From assembly GCF_001194135.2 (NCBI RefSeq), contig NC_068986.1, positions 13,501,302 through 13,565,301 of the forward strand: a stretch of 64,000 bases of DNA, in the 5' to 3' direction. This DNA is from Octopus bimaculoides (Eukaryota). Positions 61,311 to 64,000 of this stretch are shown in pieces (position 1 is the first letter of the stretch; every line of letters starts with the position of its first letter). The position numbers and the translations under genes are program-made. Under the pieces are notes generated by a model that was given only the letters and a program-made list of their open reading frames with translations, did not search any database and had not been told where the DNA came from.

Positions 61311-62389
61311 GTGTATGTGTGTGTATGTATGTGTGTGTGTGTGTGTGTGNNNNNNNNNNNNNNNNNNNNNNNNNNNNNNNNNNNNNNNNNNNNNNNNNNN
61401 NNNNNNNNNNNNNNNNNNNNNNNNNNNNNNNNNNNNNNNNNNNNNNNNNNNNNNNNNNNNNNNNNNNNNNNNNNNNNNNNNNNNNNNNNNNNNNNNNNNN
61501 NNNNNNNNNNNNNNNNNNNNNNNNNNNNNNNNNNNNNNNNNNNNNNNNNNNNNNNNNNNNNNNNNNNNNNNNNNNNNNNNNNNNNNNNNNNNNNNNNNNN
61601 NNNNNNNNNNNNNNNNNNNNNNNNNNNNNNNNNNNNNNNNNNNNNNNNNNNNNNNNNNNNNNNNNNNNNNNNNNNNNNNNNNNNNNNNNNNNNNNNNNNN
61701 NNNNNNNNNNNNNNNNNNNNNNNNNNNNNNNNNNNNNNNNNNNNNNNNNNNNNNNNNNNNNNNNNNNNNNNNNNNNNNNNNNNNNNNNNNNNNNNNNNNN
61801 NNNNNNNNNNNNNNNNNNNNNNNNNNNNNNNNNNNNNNNNNNNNNNNNNNNNNNNNNNNNNNNNNNNNNNNNNNNNNNNNNNNNNNNNNNNNNNNNNNNN
61901 NNNNNNNNNNNNNNNNNNNNNNNNNNNNNNNNNNNNNNNNNNNNNNNNNNNNNNNNNNNNNNNNNNNNNNNNNNNNNNNNNNNNNNNNNNNNNNNNNNNN
62001 NNNNNNNNNNNNNNNNNNNNNNNNNNNNNNNNNNATGTATGCATGTATGTATGTATGTATGCATGTATGTATGTATGCATGTATGTATGTATGCATGTAT
62101 GTATGCATGTATGTATGCATGTATGTATGCATGTATGTATGTATGTATGCATGTATGTATGTATGCATGTATGCATGTATGCATGTATGCATGTATGTAT
62201 GCATGTATGTATGCATGTATACTCATGCATATAGTTGCATACGTAGGCATGTTTATATATACTTAAATCATAAACTTCTGGTTTTACAGAAGTTTTACAG
62301 ATTTTTACAGTTCCAGTGATGTGTGTATGTGTGTGTATGTATGTGTGTGTGTGTGTGTGTGTCTGTGTATCTAAATGTATGTATATGTA

Positions 62390-62800
62390 TGTAGGTGCAA
62401 GCATGGGTGTGTTGTAAGTAACTTGCTTATCAACCACATGGTTCTGGGTTCAGTCCCACTGCATGACACTTTGGGCAAGTGTCTTCTACTATAGCCTTGG
62501 GCCAACCAAAGCCTTGTGAGTGTATTTGGTAGACGGAAACTGAAAGAAGCCCGTTGTATATATATACATGTGCATGTGTGTTTGTGCATGTGTGTTTGTC
62601 CACCCCCCCCACTATTGCTTGACAGCTGATGCTGGTGTGTTTACCTCCCCGTAACTTAGCAGTTTGGCAAAAGAGACCAAAGAGGATAAGTACTAGGCTT
62701 ACAAAGAATAAGTGCTGGGGGTGATTTGTTCGACTAAAAGGCGGTGCTCCAGCATGGCCGCAGTCAAATGACTGAAACAAGTAAAAGAAGAAAAGAATAT
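62390..62800 (+). mobile_element. Composite SINE B-D, full length
   Basis: Consensus match. Confidence 0.9.
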
Positions 62801-63311
62801 GTCCAACCAATGCCAGCATAGGCAGAGGACATTCAATGAGATATGACAAGGAAAGAGAAGAAGGTAAGAGAGAAAGATGATCTAAAAAAAAATGTGACTG
62901 GAGGCTTTGCTGCTCTGGGCCACAAGTTTGGTGTCAATGAATCTACCATTTATTTGATTTATAAAGATGATCCATTTATCCTTGTGTTTCTTTGAAACCA
63001 AAACTCCCATAATAAACAAGGACATATGTGTGATTAAATACACTAATGTTCTTTCACCTGATTTTCCTATATTGAAGTGAGACTCTAACAATGTGACTTT
63101 CCAACCAGCCCCAAGCTAACCTCTGATGAATACCACAAAGATAAGAGAGCAATTACTTTTTATTAAAGTTTAAATCAAATAATAAACCTTTGTGATTATC
63201 CATTAAGTAAGCTTTGTCGAAAGACAAAATGAGTTAAGTTTTATTGCCCAAAGCAACGAACTACAAAAGACTGAAATAAACTCAGTTTTTATCATGTAAT
63301 AATAATAATAA

Positions 63312-63344
<33 letters not shown>

Positions 63345-63542
63345 CCTTCAATCCAATGACTTCATCAATTATGCTGAGATTATCATTTGTACAGTCTTGT
63401 CTTAAGCTCACTTTTAAACAATACAGCAAACACACTTTCCTGCAGAACTGCTGTCTTGTTTTGTTACTGTAGAATGGTTGGCTTCACTTAAGCAACCCAT
63501 CTGTTGTCCAGCGTAACACTTTGCTGACACACATACACACAT

Positions 63543-63586
<44 letters not shown>

Positions 63587-63733
63587 GTATATGTAAAAAA
63601 AAATATTCAATGCAAAATTTATTGGGGTGAAAGTTCCCTGCTAGATTGTTAAGCGTCTTCGTTGTGAAACTGAGAATCTGATGGGGTTTCTTCCATAGTC
63701 TCACATAACCGGTAAGCAAAACATTTTATGTGT

Positions 63734-63773
<40 letters not shown>

Positions 63774-63784
63774 TATGTATTTAA

Positions 63785-64000
63785 TTATAATCATCATCAC
63801 TATCATCATCATCACCACCATCAACATTATCACTACCACCATCATCATCACCATCACATTACCACTATCATCACCATCATTATCATCATCATCATCATCA
63901 TCATTATCATCATCATCATCACCATCATTATCACCATCATCATCATCATCACCATCATTATCACCATCATCATCATCATCCTCATCATCATCATCACCAT
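63785..64000. repeat. (CAT/CAC)n trinucleotide array
   Basis: Direct reading. Confidence 0.9.

Overview
Eukaryotic, AT-rich, microsatellite-dense draft sequence with 17 N-gaps. By inference it is cephalopod (Octopus-like), based on tRNA-derived SINE families, TTAGGG repeats and RTE tails ending in (GAT)n. Most of the window is retroposon debris: three tRNA-SINE families (here called A, B-D and E), RTE LINE 3' ends, R4/Dong-clade and CRE-clade RLE-LINE fragments, Penelope-like remnants, and a 33-36 kb cluster of Merlin-like MITEs carrying telomeric repeats. The only credible host coding sequence is one very large low-complexity exon (about 23405-25726, +) of an unidentified gene. The most notable signal is a set of hammerhead ribozyme motifs read by hand. 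One is a fully canonical type I hammerhead at 12830-12884 (-), inside an interrupted tandem repeat that resembles a non-LTR retrozyme or Penelope pLTR dimer. A second, near-intact one lies at 26104-26169 (+), sense-oriented in the intron after the large exon. Two degenerate minimal ones are at 6729-6762 and 44041-44073. Repeat boundaries are approximate unless TSDs are quoted, and no database search or computation was run.
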